NCBI GenBank assembly: GCA_044892525.1
Contig: CM097886.1
Location: forward strand, 62,682,001 to 62,746,000
From: Schmidtea polychroa
Lineage: Eukaryota
Length of the DNA stretch: 64,000 bases
Reading direction: 5' to 3'
Part shown: positions 1-13,313 of the stretch, piece by piece
Numbering within the stretch: the first letter of the stretch is position 1
Layout of the letters: each line of letters opens with the position of its first letter
Notes under the pieces: generated by a model
Told to the model about the DNA's origin: nothing
What the model saw: only the letters and a program-made list of their open reading frames with translations
Database searches by the model: none
Translations under genes and position numbers: made by a program

Positions 1-462
1 CCATGTGTGCAATGAACTGAAACTCCACTTCATTGACTCGATGCAAGAGTCCAGTAGCTTCCAATTGAATATCAATTGAAAAGTGAGAATGTCTACTAGA
101 ACACATCTCAAGCAAATTCACAATTGTATCATAATTAGTTGTTATTGCCTGAGTCGTCTGCAAGTGTCCTGTCCAACGATGTTCCATGAGCCGTGTGCTC
201 TCATTGGCCTATCTCTCTACCATCGTATGAAGACCACAATGCACCCACTCCAGTGAGGCAGATAGATGGAACATCCTACCCCCGTCCACACTACATAAAC
301 CTCTACATGTGCAACTCAATGCATGTGTGCACGATAGCAATTTTTCTTTTATCAAACATATTGAATGTAATTTTTTATTCATGTCCGTTTTTTTATTTGG
401 GGGGCCAAACTTGCGTTTGGGGGGGGCCGGGCCCTCCTGGGCCCCCCGACGGTACGGGCCTG
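1..462 (+). mobile_element. 3' remnant of a hAT-type DNA transposon
   Basis: GC-rich terminus GGGGGGCCGGGCCCTCCTGGGCCCCCCGACGGTACGGGCCTG ending at 462; a degenerate LPESSAS stretch near 146-170 resembles the hAT dimerisation domain; 5' end lies outside the window. Confidence 0.45.
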
Positions 463-1904
463 GTTATAAAGTTTGGTTTGGATTTTCGGTTATTAATTAA
501 AATACCTCATCAACAATTTCGATTTTTATTTAGAATATTTAATTTAAGCAAAATTATCTTTAATGAGTGCACTTTAGAGAGTCTCTTATTTTAGTAGTCG
601 ATTACTGGTTATTTGGCTTATCTTTTTAGTGGTACGAATGACCTTTATCAGTAGTGAAATTTAAGAGTCAGTCATCTGGGAGTCACATCTCATGTCAGTC
701 ATTATCTAATATGATCACTGATTACTACTCACACACTAAAAATCCTAGAGAGGGTGACACATGGCGGCATTCCCTGCGGTGAAAGGCATTCGGAATGATT
801 CTGCTGTTTCTCATGCATATTTCTGACCGGATGACACTACTCATAGTTATGTTAGCAGTATGTCTGTATGTATGGGTGCCTATTCGATGGAAATTTTATC
901 TGTAACTATCAACCGTACTGAGCGAACTGCAAATGTTACATCGCGTGTCGATTCCCATTTGATCTTATGATGTTGGATTTATTTACTGCGACTCGTAATT
1001 TCCTCAATATTGGATGTTTTGAACGATGGAAGATCTCTACGAACCGACCAACTAGACTCTATGAAGCATATTTCAGTAGTGGATATTTCGACGCAACAGC
1101 ATGAAAATTATTCAATGGGTATTACCAGATTTTGTTAATATATGTGATTGAATACAGTATTATCGTGGTTTTATGTTTTACTTTTCCTTTATTGTAAATT
1201 CCTCATCATATGCTAAGATTTGGATGTCGCATCACGAAAGGGATGACCTAATATAGATTTACTTTTTCAAAAACCTACCGAATGCAATTTCAACTTCTCG
1301 ATATGTTGGAAGACCAGCGATGGATGTTTAATGGTATTTTTCCCCACATGGTTAGTTCGGATTTATAGACAGAAGTGGCATGAATGTCTTGTAAGACGAC
1401 TCTGGACAATACAGAGTTAATATGAGAACTCCCTCAGTCGCTGTGAAGCACATATCCTATTTTCGAAAATTTCAGAAGGTTTCCTCTCGATCTATATTTC
1501 GGTACTCTGACAGATTTTAAGTCCTTCAGCAATTGGACCCGTGAAGAAGCCTTCACATTTCGGCCCAATCTAACTGCGTGATTGAAATACTCCATGTCCA
1601 CCGGCTGAGCTCCCGAAGGCACCTCACACCATGACATGGAGTATCTCAACGCCACGTTTCTCGTTAATATTAAAAATCATAAAACAATCACTTCATAAAA
1701 ATATCCATACAAATTATGTAAGAGTTCACCTGTTACTAATAAATACTTTTAAACGCTTAAATTATTTACTTTATCAAAATCGTTATTCAGGATCAAATGA
1801 AAAGAGAGTCTGTTTAAACTTAAAAAGTTTAATGGTTCATTAAATATACATATTTACTGTTAACTTCGAAAAACAATATCATAAATAAAAATCCCTTACT
1901 ATGG

Positions 1905-2568
1905 AATTGGGCTGAATCGGAAAATTAACGTTAGTCGTTCCAAATTAGTCTGATGATGGTTCGTCGAATGTCGATTGCTGTGACAAATAGTATTTTAACT
2001 TTGAACTGATTTCGAATTGCTGTGAAGTTTTCCGAATTAACTATTGCTCTACTAGTATTGCTGATCCTTGAAATAAGTCTCCGTGAGTTGTAGATGTCTC
2101 TATAAAATGCTTGGGGTTAACAGTAACATTTTAGACATTCTCTCTTACCTATAAAATGCTTGGGGTTAACAGTAAATTTTATGATTTTGGTGGCTGTATA
2201 TATAGCAAATTCTTATTTGTGCGGACCAATCAGAGTTGAGTACCGCTTATTTTTTCAATTTAATATATTTTTCTTGTTTTTAGGTTATTTTTCCTTATTT
2301 TCTTTATTTTTAATATGTTTTTCTATTTATTTCCTTAATTTCCTTATTATTTATTAAATTTTTCCTTATTTATTCGTCAACTTATTGTTCCATTTTAATC
2401 TTTTCTTAATTTTATTTTTTGTTTTAATTCTTATGTCTTAATTATTATTTTTCTTATATCTTATTCTATTTTATTCTTAATTTCGTTTATTTTATTTTTA
2501 TTTTCCTTAATGTTCTACTTTCTTACTTTCTTATTTTTCAAAAATTAAATTTTCGACTCAGCCCAACA
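1905..2568. mobile_element. Inverted-repeat-bounded element, possibly a solo LTR
   Basis: TTGGGCTGAATCGGAAAATT at 1907 versus AATTTTCGACTCAGCCCAACA ending 2568 (CA end); internal 26-nt direct repeat CTATAAAATGCTTGGGGTTAACAGTA at about 2100 and 2149; no clear TSD. Confidence 0.35.
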
Positions 2569-4018
2569 TTTTTAACTCGTTGAAATTTGTCGATATGCTA
2601 ATTGTTGTAAATGTTTACGTTTCTATCTTTATTCCAATATAATCTTTGATTTCATTGCGGTTATTTTCGATATGTGTGATGATGTGATCAGTTTGAATGA
2701 AAAGGTGATCTTTAATGGATGTAATTAGGTTAGATGTCGTCCCCTTGGACCAAGGTCGAACCGAGTTATACGTGGGGATATGGGTAAGACCTTCTAAGGC
2801 ACCTTGGAACCCGAACCGCGAGGGGGTTAACAGTAGTCCTAAGGCAGGGGCTCACCTATTAACTCACTCCAACCCGTGTGGGCATCACCAACGTGTAACA
2901 TCTCCACGGGCTCACATGAGGGAATATCAGTAAAGTCATTAGGAGTATGTTGGGGAAGGACCTGAGCAGAATGAAGACGACTGTAGGTTTTGTGATAAAC
3001 CTTTCTTTCTCCCCACATACGCCAACATATACAGTGCTGGGAGCAATTAGATCCAGCATTTGTTTCTTATTCTGAGGACGGTTTGTATATCAGATTTCTT
3101 TGTTTTATAGAATCAGCGGCATTTTTGGGTGTATTACATATATTGTGCATATTGAATAAATCTTTTGAAAAATATCTTATCCTCGTTAATTCATATTTTT
3201 ATTTATTACACGCACATATATTTATATATCTTTGGAGTCAGATATATCATTCTGTATTACGAAATATCTATCTACCAGATCAGAACCTAACATTAACACA
3301 TCAGATTACTTTTGATACTTTCCTTCAAGATTCTTCTTGCAGTCCTAATTGGTTTAGGTATATTATTCATTTTTGGACAGCCTACCCCAATTTAATTAGA
3401 TTGATCACTTGGGTTATTTCAATACTGCTCGGGTTTCCCATTGACTCGGGTTTTTTATTAGCTAATTCATTTTTTAATTAATTTTAGCTTTTAGTAATTA
3501 TTTCCTATTAGGAACTCCTATTAACTTTATTTTATTATATTTGAACTTGTCTCAATGTTCGGCATCCGACCATACCAGATTCCTCCGGAAAATATTAATT
3601 TTTAATTTTTTTTGATTTTTAAATAATATTTTTGTACTTTAAATTATTATTGTGGATTTGATTTTTTATTTTTATTTTCACCTTGTATTTGTGCCACTCT
3701 CGTCGAACCCCAACAACTTCATCTTTAACTGTAATATTCAATAAATTTACGTCCATTTATGTTAAATAGAACATCAATCTTATCCTTTTTGCTAATAACT
3801 TCGTTTCAAAAATCTTCTCGAATATATTTTCATAGTAGATAATACAGTAAAACAATCCTTTTCTCTTACAAATTTTAAGAAAGAGGTTAGGGTCTTATAA
3901 AGACCCTATCCATGATAAAATGGGTCACCCACCAAACAATAATATTGTACGGGGGTAATGTGTATGGTTGAATGCTGAATCATGAGACGAACCCAAAAAT
4001 AATAATAAACGTTTAGTG

Positions 4019-4473
4019 TAGGGGTGGGGAACCTTTTTGTTTCCATAGGCCACATTGAAATTTGTCACCTTCAAATGAGGCCGCAGTCAAAAAGTATTTT
4101 AACATTAATTAATTTCATTTTAAATCTTTTGTTTATATACAGTTAGTAATTTGAAAAATGCAGCTGTACGAAATATTCTGAAAAATTATTATCATTTCTG
4201 AATCGAAAAATTGATGCAAATTAGTCATCATTTCACAAATGAGTGCTTAATAATCTTATTTATTCGTCTACATAGGTTTTGTATTTATGTGTGTGAATGA
4301 TTGACTTTTATATTTCGTTCTTTGTACTCGGCGGGATGCTTGTACAGTACGGTATATATACAATTCAGTAGTTACAAACATTTTTATTTGTAAATCCTCA
4401 AAATTCATGGTTTTTTAAATAAATTAAGATTTATTTTGATAAGGCTCCGGAGGCCGCAGGTTTCCCACCCCTG
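4019..4473. mobile_element. Non-autonomous hAT element (MITE), 455 bp
   Basis: TIRs TAGGGGTGGGGAACC / GGTTTCCCACCCCTG; 8-bp TSD GTTTAGTG/ATTTAGTG (7 of 8); same family as 59050-59297. Confidence 0.85.
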
Positions 4474-4699
4474 ATTTAGTGAGTAATCCCTAGAGAAAGT
4501 TATAACGAAATAACAAATTAATAATGAATTAAGCCCGAGTCGATGAGAAATCCGAGCAGTGTAGAAAACTCGCACTGTATAAAAAGCCGACCCGCGTGGT
4601 AACCTCGAATAACCACAAAAATAATTATTGATAAAACGGTCCAAGCGCGAGGTGGAAAAACGAGAAAAATGAATTTGCTATTAGAACAATTAGCCTCAA

Positions 4700-5900
4700 A
4701 ATTTGGACTATGATTCATTTGTTTAAATTTATATATAGATACGAAGATTTTTGGAATTTATTTGTGTTTGCCTTTAAATAAATAATTGTATTTAAACAAA
4801 TCAAGTATTGTTTTTATTTGCTTTTGACCTTTTAGAAAAATTCTACAACTAATTTCAAACAAGACACAATCTGAAGTTTGAAAACACTTTAAATCTGGCA
4901 GTGATGAAGATACAGCAATTTGCGATTTTTGTTCATTACTAATGAGCTGCAAACAAAACAACACATTTGCAATGAAAAGACATTTAATCAGTCAGCATCA
5001 CATAAATAAAATGAGGAAAATTGTCAAATTTTCTGCTTATCGGCGAGATCTTGTTCCAATTAAAGTAAAAGAAAGATTCAACTCCGACGTTGGAACTTGA
5101 TGCTATTCATGCTGGAAAAGTTTTTGAAATTATATGAAGCGGTCGTAGAAGCCCTTGAAAAATACGGTGCAGAAAATTTGTTTCATAATAATAACGTTCT
5201 GGTGCTAAAAATCTTGTAGAATGTTTGAAATCAGTTGAAGTTGATGTAAACACATTGAACGAATCAAAAACAACTCTTAGAACCCCTGAAATTGCTATAA
5301 CATTTATGGTGACAAAATTAGAGGATCAGAAAAATGATATCGGAAGAAAATTACTTATAAATCTTATGAAAAAGGTGGATCTACGATTGGACCCGAATTT
5401 CATTGAACTTCAGAAAGCGTTTTACCAACAAGATTACAGCCCATCAAATGTGGCTCTTGAGTTGGGAGTCAATTTATTGAAGCGACTATTGCCACAAATT
5501 GAAATTGTTAGCGAACAAGAAATTTCAATGGAAACTCAAATTAAAATTCCTCTAACCCTCGACGAAGAACTTAGACAATTACTCAAAGCAGATAAACTAT
5601 TAGATTAATTAGAGCCAGAAAAATTCAACAAGTTCAAACAGGAGTTTTCTTTAAACAAAAATACAGGCAAAAAGCCGAAGGAACGTTCACAGTTGCAAAT
5701 AATTTTTAAACAAGAACTCGTTCTAGTCTTTCTGATAAATCCATAAGCAACCTTGTATTTTTGAAATTCTGTTTTGCTCGTGAAAATTCTTAATAAAACT
5801 TATTATTAAATATTTTTCTTATAAAAAAACCCGAAAACCGAGGATAATTGTCATGTTCGGGTCGGGTGGTGTTCGGTTTTTAAAATATCGGGTTTCCGGA
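4700..5900 (+). mobile_element. Degenerate hAT (Ac-like) transposase remnant with 3' subterminal region
   Basis: RWNLMLFMLEKFLKLYEAVVEAL at about 5088-5157 resembles the hAT TRWNS block; partial ORF 5225-5608; clustered AACCGA/TCGGG motifs at 5830-5900; many stops. Confidence 0.55.
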
Positions 5901-6263
5901 TCTCATGGTGAAAGTTCAGTAAGAAAATTAAATTTCCCATTTGTACTGGATAAAGTGAGTGAATAAAGCAACGAGGATAATCCAATATATATAATCCAAA
6001 AAAAAACTTTGAAAAATACAAAAACAATATAAATTTTTGTTCTTATACTTATAATTGAATTTATTTTCTTATAAAATCTGGCATAAATTTCAATCAGAAA
6101 TAAAATTTTATGAGAAAAAATGTGAACAAAATTTATATTTTCGGATAAGTTAGCGTAGTAAACAGTGCAAATATGACTTCAACCTCAAATTAGGTTCTTT
6201 GTATAATTTTATGTTGTGTAAAATACCTATGCATACCTTTGTACTAAAAACTATCTACTAGGG

Positions 6264-6384
6264 CAGTGGTACGCAAACTTTTTACCTCCCGGCACAAAAT
6301 AGAAAAAATAGATAGAAAAAAAGCACATTTTAAATTCTTTTACGGCACACTAATATGCCGCGGCACATAGTTTGCGTATCACTG
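6264..6384. mobile_element. 121-bp hAT (Charlie-like) MITE
   Basis: TIRs CAGTGGTACGCAAACT / AGTTTGCGTATCACTG; 8-bp TSD TACTAGGG/AACTAGGG (7 of 8). Confidence 0.85.
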
Positions 6385-6387
6385 AAC

Positions 6388-7115
6388 TAGGGTATGGTTC
6401 AATTAATTGATTAATCAAAATTTTTTATATTTTTAGATTAATCAAACAATTTTGAAGTTAACCGATTAATTAATTTTAATGTGTAAAGTTTAAAATTAAT
6501 AGGAACAAAGCAAAATAAATTTGGAGAGAGAAATCCTATGAGTATGAAAGTGATTTTTCCCCTTTTTTGGTTTTACTGTTGTTGTCAGTACGAATTGCAT
6601 ACGAAATGTAAACACTGTCAAGTAGAAGGATTACTTCTTTATTTGAAAGATCCGATTTCTTATATTGAATCGTTGCTTAAACCAAATTCAAGTGACAAAC
6701 AAAGAAAGAGCTGGCAAAAACTGCTAAAGAAATATTGAATTAATCAATGTTAAGGTGTTCATTTAACTCTGGCGTACAAGTAAAATTAAATACTCTAAAG
6801 CCGATGAATTACAAGATTTTCTCTAATATATCCAAAAAACCAACATCTTCAACCACAACTCAATGAACACAACAAAATTCGCACGGATTTATTAGATAAA
6901 ATATATTGAGCATTCCAAAATTATCAGTTGAGTCATAAAATGCTTCGGTGCCGTGGGTTCGTTTGTGGCAAAATTACGAATATCAATAAATGATGACACT
7001 TTCGATACATTATGATTTTTACTAACACAATTTTTAATAAATAATTAATCGATTTAAAGCGAACAATTAATCATTAATCTTTTTTTTTGAAAACCGATTA
7101 ATCAACCATGCTCTA
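6388..7115. mobile_element. Possible degenerate hAT-like element
   Basis: TAGGGTATGGTT...ATTAAT at 6388 versus GATTAATCAACCATGCTCTA ending 7115; no matching TSD found. Confidence 0.35.
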
Positions 7116-7578
7116 CCTGTATTATTTTCAGTTTTAACTATTTTTCCAAATCTTTTCAGAATTGATATAGTTATCATTGAACATTGGTTATATATTTATT
7201 AGTATTAATAACAGAAGTATCAAAATTTTGTGTTAAAAGGGAAAAATAGATCAAAGATGAGAAAATAAATGATTTTTTTTGGATATCAATTCGTGCTAAA
7301 TTTCAAAAATATTATTGATCTAATTTAAAATGAAAAAAATATTGAAATCGAAAAGGAAGATAGAGGATTATGACATTAATTTTTCTATGTTGTGTATTAC
7401 TATAAATAGATCTTTAATTTTCGTATTAAATTTTAAAAAATTATTAATCCAGTATAAGATTAAATAAATGAAAAAACATTAGTATATTTTTGTATTTGAT
7501 TTTTTCGCTTGATGGGAACTAAGATGTTTATATCAGAATTCAAATAAAAAAACTCGTTATTTTTCCAAACTACAATAT

Positions 7579-8508
7579 TTATTCATTTTCTACATCACTA
7601 CATACATCCAATTCTTCACTGACATCTGTACAAGCTTCTTCTTCATTATCTTCGTCTTCGTCTTCATTTTCAGATTGAACCGATTCTTCTATTCGCCTAC
7701 CGTGTATATCTTTGTTTGTAAGAAATAATATATTAATTGAATCTCCTGAACACTTATTTATGCACAACATTTTCTGAACTCCAAATTAACAAAAAAAAAT
7801 CAAGACATCGAAAAATTACTTTAACGCGAAACATAAATGTTTCCAAATACCTCCGTAGTTGAGGAACTAATGAAGCAGATGACAAATTATTTTTTAGCTT
7901 ACAATGCGTGCATAATCTTTGAATAAACCGTGTGACAAATTGAATTTCAGTTAATAGTTTTATAACTTGCGCATTTTCATGTCTTAATAATTTATAATTT
8001 GCAGATTTCAAATTGCTAATTACGATTTATTACCTCAACATGTTGTCTAATATTGGCATGAGATACTTGATTATAAATTTTATGAATTCTCTGCTAAATT
8101 TTATGAAGCTTAATATCATATTAGATTCTTTATTGTTACTAATAACTATAGTAAACAATTTAAGTATCACTACAATTTTTTCCCAGGATTCAAGCATTTC
8201 TAACGTATTTCTTTGACTATAAGAAACTTTTGATAAATTTTTACATTTCCTATAAATTAAAAACTATAAAATTCTTTGTTCAAACTGATAATACTTCAGA
8301 ATGAAATCCGAAACGAGTTTGAAAACACTGACAATAGTGGTTTTGTCGAGACAAACGTAAACCGGTTGAGATTCATTATCATCGATGTTTCTATTAGAAA
8401 GTGTCTGCATTTCCGGAAGAATTGTATTAACTATCACTTCAAACCATTTGTCTGACAGTAGTAAAAGGTGAAGTTCAAAAAGTTTCAGTACAGCATTTTT
8501 GTAGATTG
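7579..8508 (-). CDS. FANCD2: FANCD2 last four exons (8508-8295, 8249-8034, 7982-7820, 7773-7579)
   Basis: Translations YVCLDKTTIVSVFKLV, WEKIVVILK...KFSREFIKFIIKYLMPILD, RHENAQV...RVK and KMLCINKC...ENE-stop align with the FANCD2 C-terminus; introns of 45, 51 and 46 nt. Confidence 0.9.
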
Positions 8509-11500
8509 CTGTTAAAAAGAAATAAATTTAATATGATTTAATATGACAATCACTTCTTTGAATAAATAAAGGGCTAGTTAGAAAAACGAGATTTCAGTTT
8601 GGATGAACAATTAAGATGTCGATAAAGGAGAATGAAGAATTAATCAATCTATCAAAGGTCAACGTTAAAAACTGAATTTCAACCGTTGACAATCGACTCA
8701 ATTTTCCCAATCAGTTTCTACTGAAATTTTGAAGGATTTTATAGGATTTTAACTTTGTCAGAGAAATAAATTATATTTCACCACAAAATTCTTATAATAC
8801 AAACTGCTATCAAATAAATTAGTGATCAAAATATCGTTGTAGCCAATACCATCCAAGCAAGGTTTTGTATTGAAAAATTCTTTTAAAATAATTAATTATC
8901 AAGTTTTTTTTAAATTATAAATTTTATCATAAAATTATATCAAAATTCAAACCTTTAAAGTTAATTAAATTTAAAAAACTTACTTGAAAACCATTTATAA
9001 AATAAAATAAATGAAGTAAATATAGCGTGACCAGACGATTTTCAAATTTATACGGGACAAAATGAAAAAAATTAATAAATGCTTATGAATAACAACTTTA
9101 TTTGACGTATTTGTCAGAGGAAACTATTTTTCCAAGAATTCAACATTTCCTTTTATCGCTGCATAGAATTGAGTACAATTTACCTCTGAGTCGTGTTGGA
9201 TAGTGAGTAAAGTGCTTAAAATTCCAACATCAAATCTGTTTTTCTCATCCTCCCACGCTCGATTAATGAAAGAAAAAATTCTCTCTACGTCACACGAGGT
9301 TTCTGACAATGAATTTTTCCATGTTAACCAAGCAAGTTGATTGTTCGCGAAAGGGAGTAAAAATATTAATCCATATTTTTTTCTTAACAGTAAATTCTTC
9401 ATCTGCATACGATGACAACTTATCATCAACAAATGACTTCATGAGAACATATTCGTCAAAAATAATGTCTCTATTAATGATCGATTTAATTTTATATCCA
9501 TACCTGTCAGTAACGTATTCAAACGACTCATCAACTTCCTTCCATTCTGAGACTTTTGCCATGAGCATCCATATAAATTTGCGATCCACCAAACGATGAT
9601 TTCCACAATTCGATATAGTCAATTATTGCCTCGTAGAAGTCCGAAATTTGCTTCTTGATTTTTACTTGAAGAGCATTGTTGAATATCTGATATTCAAGTT
9701 GAGATTCTCGAGGCATAAAAGAGAAATCCTTTATATTCTGCATCTTCCCCTTTAATCTTGTCATTTCATTAGCAGCTTCGAAAGATGTGTTCTGCGCAAA
9801 TTCAATGTTTTTAATCGTAGAGTTCAAATTTTTCAACTGATTTACAGCGAAAAAATCCAGAATTTACCAGCTGGATTTTCGAAGAATCGTAAAACTGTTG
9901 GAGGGCATTTTTAATGACAAAAAGTATTGCTTCAAAGGATCATAAAGCTCAATCAATCAATTAATAGCCGGCTCTAATGTCAGAAATCTTGTTGATGTTT
10001 TTGTCGAGGTTTGTAACTTTCATCCATTGCCTCACAGAAAGTCTTAAAGGTTTCTGTTCGAACCGTGTATAAACTGAAATGTTTGTAAATCTTAACAACA
10101 AGAGCTTCCATGTCAATGTCAATAATTTCACATCCAGCATTTGATGCGTTATGAGCAATATGAGTTACACGTTCATTTCCTATTATTCATCGATGAAGAA
10201 AAGTTTGAAGATGTCTCTATACGTTGTTTTGACCATTTCGATCGACTCCACCAAAATTAAGATTTGTATTGTCTGCTCCAAATGCTATAACTTTCTCCTG
10301 CAAATGTTGTTCCTCGATAATTTTGGAGAGCTCATCAGCTATTGTTTTTGACTTTTCGTTTGGAATCGACACAAGTCCGATTTTGTTGCTAACAACTCCA
10401 GCAACAAGATTAAAGTAGCATAAAACAACAGGAAGTAATTTCAGATTTGTTGTGGTTAGATGTATCAGTCATTAAGCAAACAAAGTTAGCATTCTTTATA
10501 TCTTGCTGGATCTTTTCATCAATGTATGGTACAATAACGTTCTTTATGATCGCAGCTGTTTTTGTTCTTCCTAATGTAAATTTTCCCTCGAAACATTCTC
10601 GAGTTCGGATTTGCAATCATTAGAGCGAAAAGAAAAGTTGTGCCTTCCAGTATGATATGTAATTGCTGCTTACATAGCGCTAATATTTTATTCTTCCTTT
10701 GTTGCCAAAATCTTTTTAGAAAAAGTCGCTTACTTTCTTACTTGAAGCTCCAACATCTATTGCATTTTTGTGACGAGTAGTTCCAACATGTTGAACAATA
10801 TCCTATCAACCACCGTGGCTTATTGAGAATGCTGATGAGCAAACTGTACAGAATACTTTGCTGTCGTCTGGTGGATATCTCTTGATGAATCCAAACTCTG
10901 TTGCATAACTATCGTTCCATGATGTCTTTCTTTTCTTGCTTGTGCCATTCTGGATTAAAAAAATTGATTTGCTGGAGACATTTTTGAACGAAATCAACAT
11001 TGGCATTACTTACAATAATAGTTTTGATGATTTCTTTATCCAATAATGCTTTTAAATCATAAATCCACTAATTTGCAGATAATCGTAAATTTTAATTTGA
11101 CAAAGTAGCGAAATATTGAGGTCTCAAAATGTTGCATTATAGGTTGGAAATTAAGATTCGAGGTAGGGAAACAGAGGAATTTTTTGAAAAATAATAAAAC
11201 GACTTTACTGAGTAAAATTTTCATTTTTACTTCAATTTGATCATTTTTTTTAAAAACTTAGAAATTTTTGAAATACGGGACACGGGACAAATTCTCAAAA
11301 TACGGGACTGTCCCGGGTAAATATGAGCAAATGGTCACGCTAAGTAAATAACTTCACTTTCTCATAAATGGTGAGTCATCAACTGATGCAAATACCAACG
11401 TGTATTATAGAAACTTTTATATTTCGGAATTCGGTGTATGACAAGGTTCAGTAAAAATAAGTATACAATTTTGTTCGTAAACCTATTGCTAAATTACTCC

Positions 11501-13263
11501 ATGTAATGAGATCTTTAGACAATCGTATATTTTTGAGGATAGCAATAAAATTTGTTAAATAACTAGTATTATCAACAGTAAAAATAAATAAATACTCGTA
11601 TTGGATGATATCCATTTAGTGCCTAAAAATTGCACTGTCAAATCTATGATAGACACTTCACTTTCATTGTCAGTCGTGATTGTAATTAATTCGGAAACAA
11701 ATTCACAGTATGCTGCAGCAACATTGATAGAAGGAATTTTTTCACGAATACTTAATACTTGTTTTAAAAATGATTTTGAATGATTGGCTGAAATTGTTTA
11801 TAAATATAGCTTTTATAAAACAGAATTATTACCAGGAGATAAGCCATCAAGTAAACGTTTTATCATTTCATTTTCAGAATCAGAGAGATTATTCTTTAAG
11901 TAATGAAATATTTTAGAAAGAATTTTCAAAACAAGTTCAAACACAAGAAGACGAGGATCGTCGAAATTTTCAAGTATTTCTAGAATTATCTTATTAAATT
12001 TAACTAAAGATCAATCTAATAAAATGTTAAATATATTCCAAGAACTAAAAATAAAAATTATTAAGCAATAACGATATAAATAATTTTTGCAATTGCGGAA
12101 GATACAAATTTACAGATCTGTAAAAGATATAAATTAAAGATATAAAAGATATTAATTGTTTTGGATGTATTATTAAAAACGTTAATTTCATTAAAATTTG
12201 TGAATAATATATTTCTTATATTTGAAAATCAAAGACATGTTCAGGCTTTTATGCATTATATGCATTTATATAAAACATTGTATTCACATACGAAACGAAG
12301 AGAAAATCATGTATTGCTTTCTTGAATTTGTTAATATAGCGCCAAGAGAAACACTATGAGACAGATATTTATAGGAAATCAACTTATACTTGTCTCTTAT
12401 ACTTCTTAAAGTTTGTGAAGTTAAATATAAGAGAAATATGATGAAGAATGGATATTCAAAATCATCTTTATCAGTAATGACAAAATAGACTTAATAAATT
12501 TATTAAAAATCAAAATAATCCATTTTTGAAAATGTTTGATGTAATTTTACTGATGTGGGTGAGTTCGATAGTAATATAATTAAATTTAATAATGAGTGTA
12601 GGGATGATGAGCCTACATTTGTGTTGGTATTGGAAAGTTTTATAGATTATAAGAGGAAAATGAACAAGAATTATGGGAATTCAAATTATAAGATTGTGTT
12701 TAATTCAGGTAAAATACGCAATATTTTCTAGATAATAAGTCTAATTAAAAATCTAAAACTCCGGTTGGAATGTGTTCAGAACTAGTTTATCAATTTACAT
12801 ATGGGAAAGGTTCAAAAATCATCATAGGTAATTTGACCACCGAAATTCATTTTTATACAAAGCTATGTCGAATAGATCGAATAAACCCAATAAATGCCAA
12901 TATAACATGGAAACAGCAGGCTTTCAAAATATCAATTTCTAAATTTAATTGGATTTATATTTTTGGGTAGATTTTAAATTTTAAAATATTTTGGGTATAT
13001 TTTGAATTAACCCCATTTATGGGTAGATTTTAGAATGCCCTATAATTAAATTAAAATCAACATTATCAAATTAAAATAATGAATTAGAAATTAATAATAT
13101 TAAATTCTAAGCCTTTCAGAACCGTAAACCTAAATAAATTTTTTTATCTACAAATCATTTTGTATTGAAGAAATTGAGGATTTATTTTTAAAAAACAGCG
13201 TTATTTATGGGCTCAATTAATCACATCAATCTAACATTACTAACAAACCTGAATCCTCCATAC

Positions 13264-13313
<50 letters not shown>

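Noticed and set aside
1434-1655. WCEVPSGAQPVD loosely resembles the BEL/Pao W..VPS..NPAD motif
   Set aside because: Single weak motif with no supporting RT, RNase H or integrase signature
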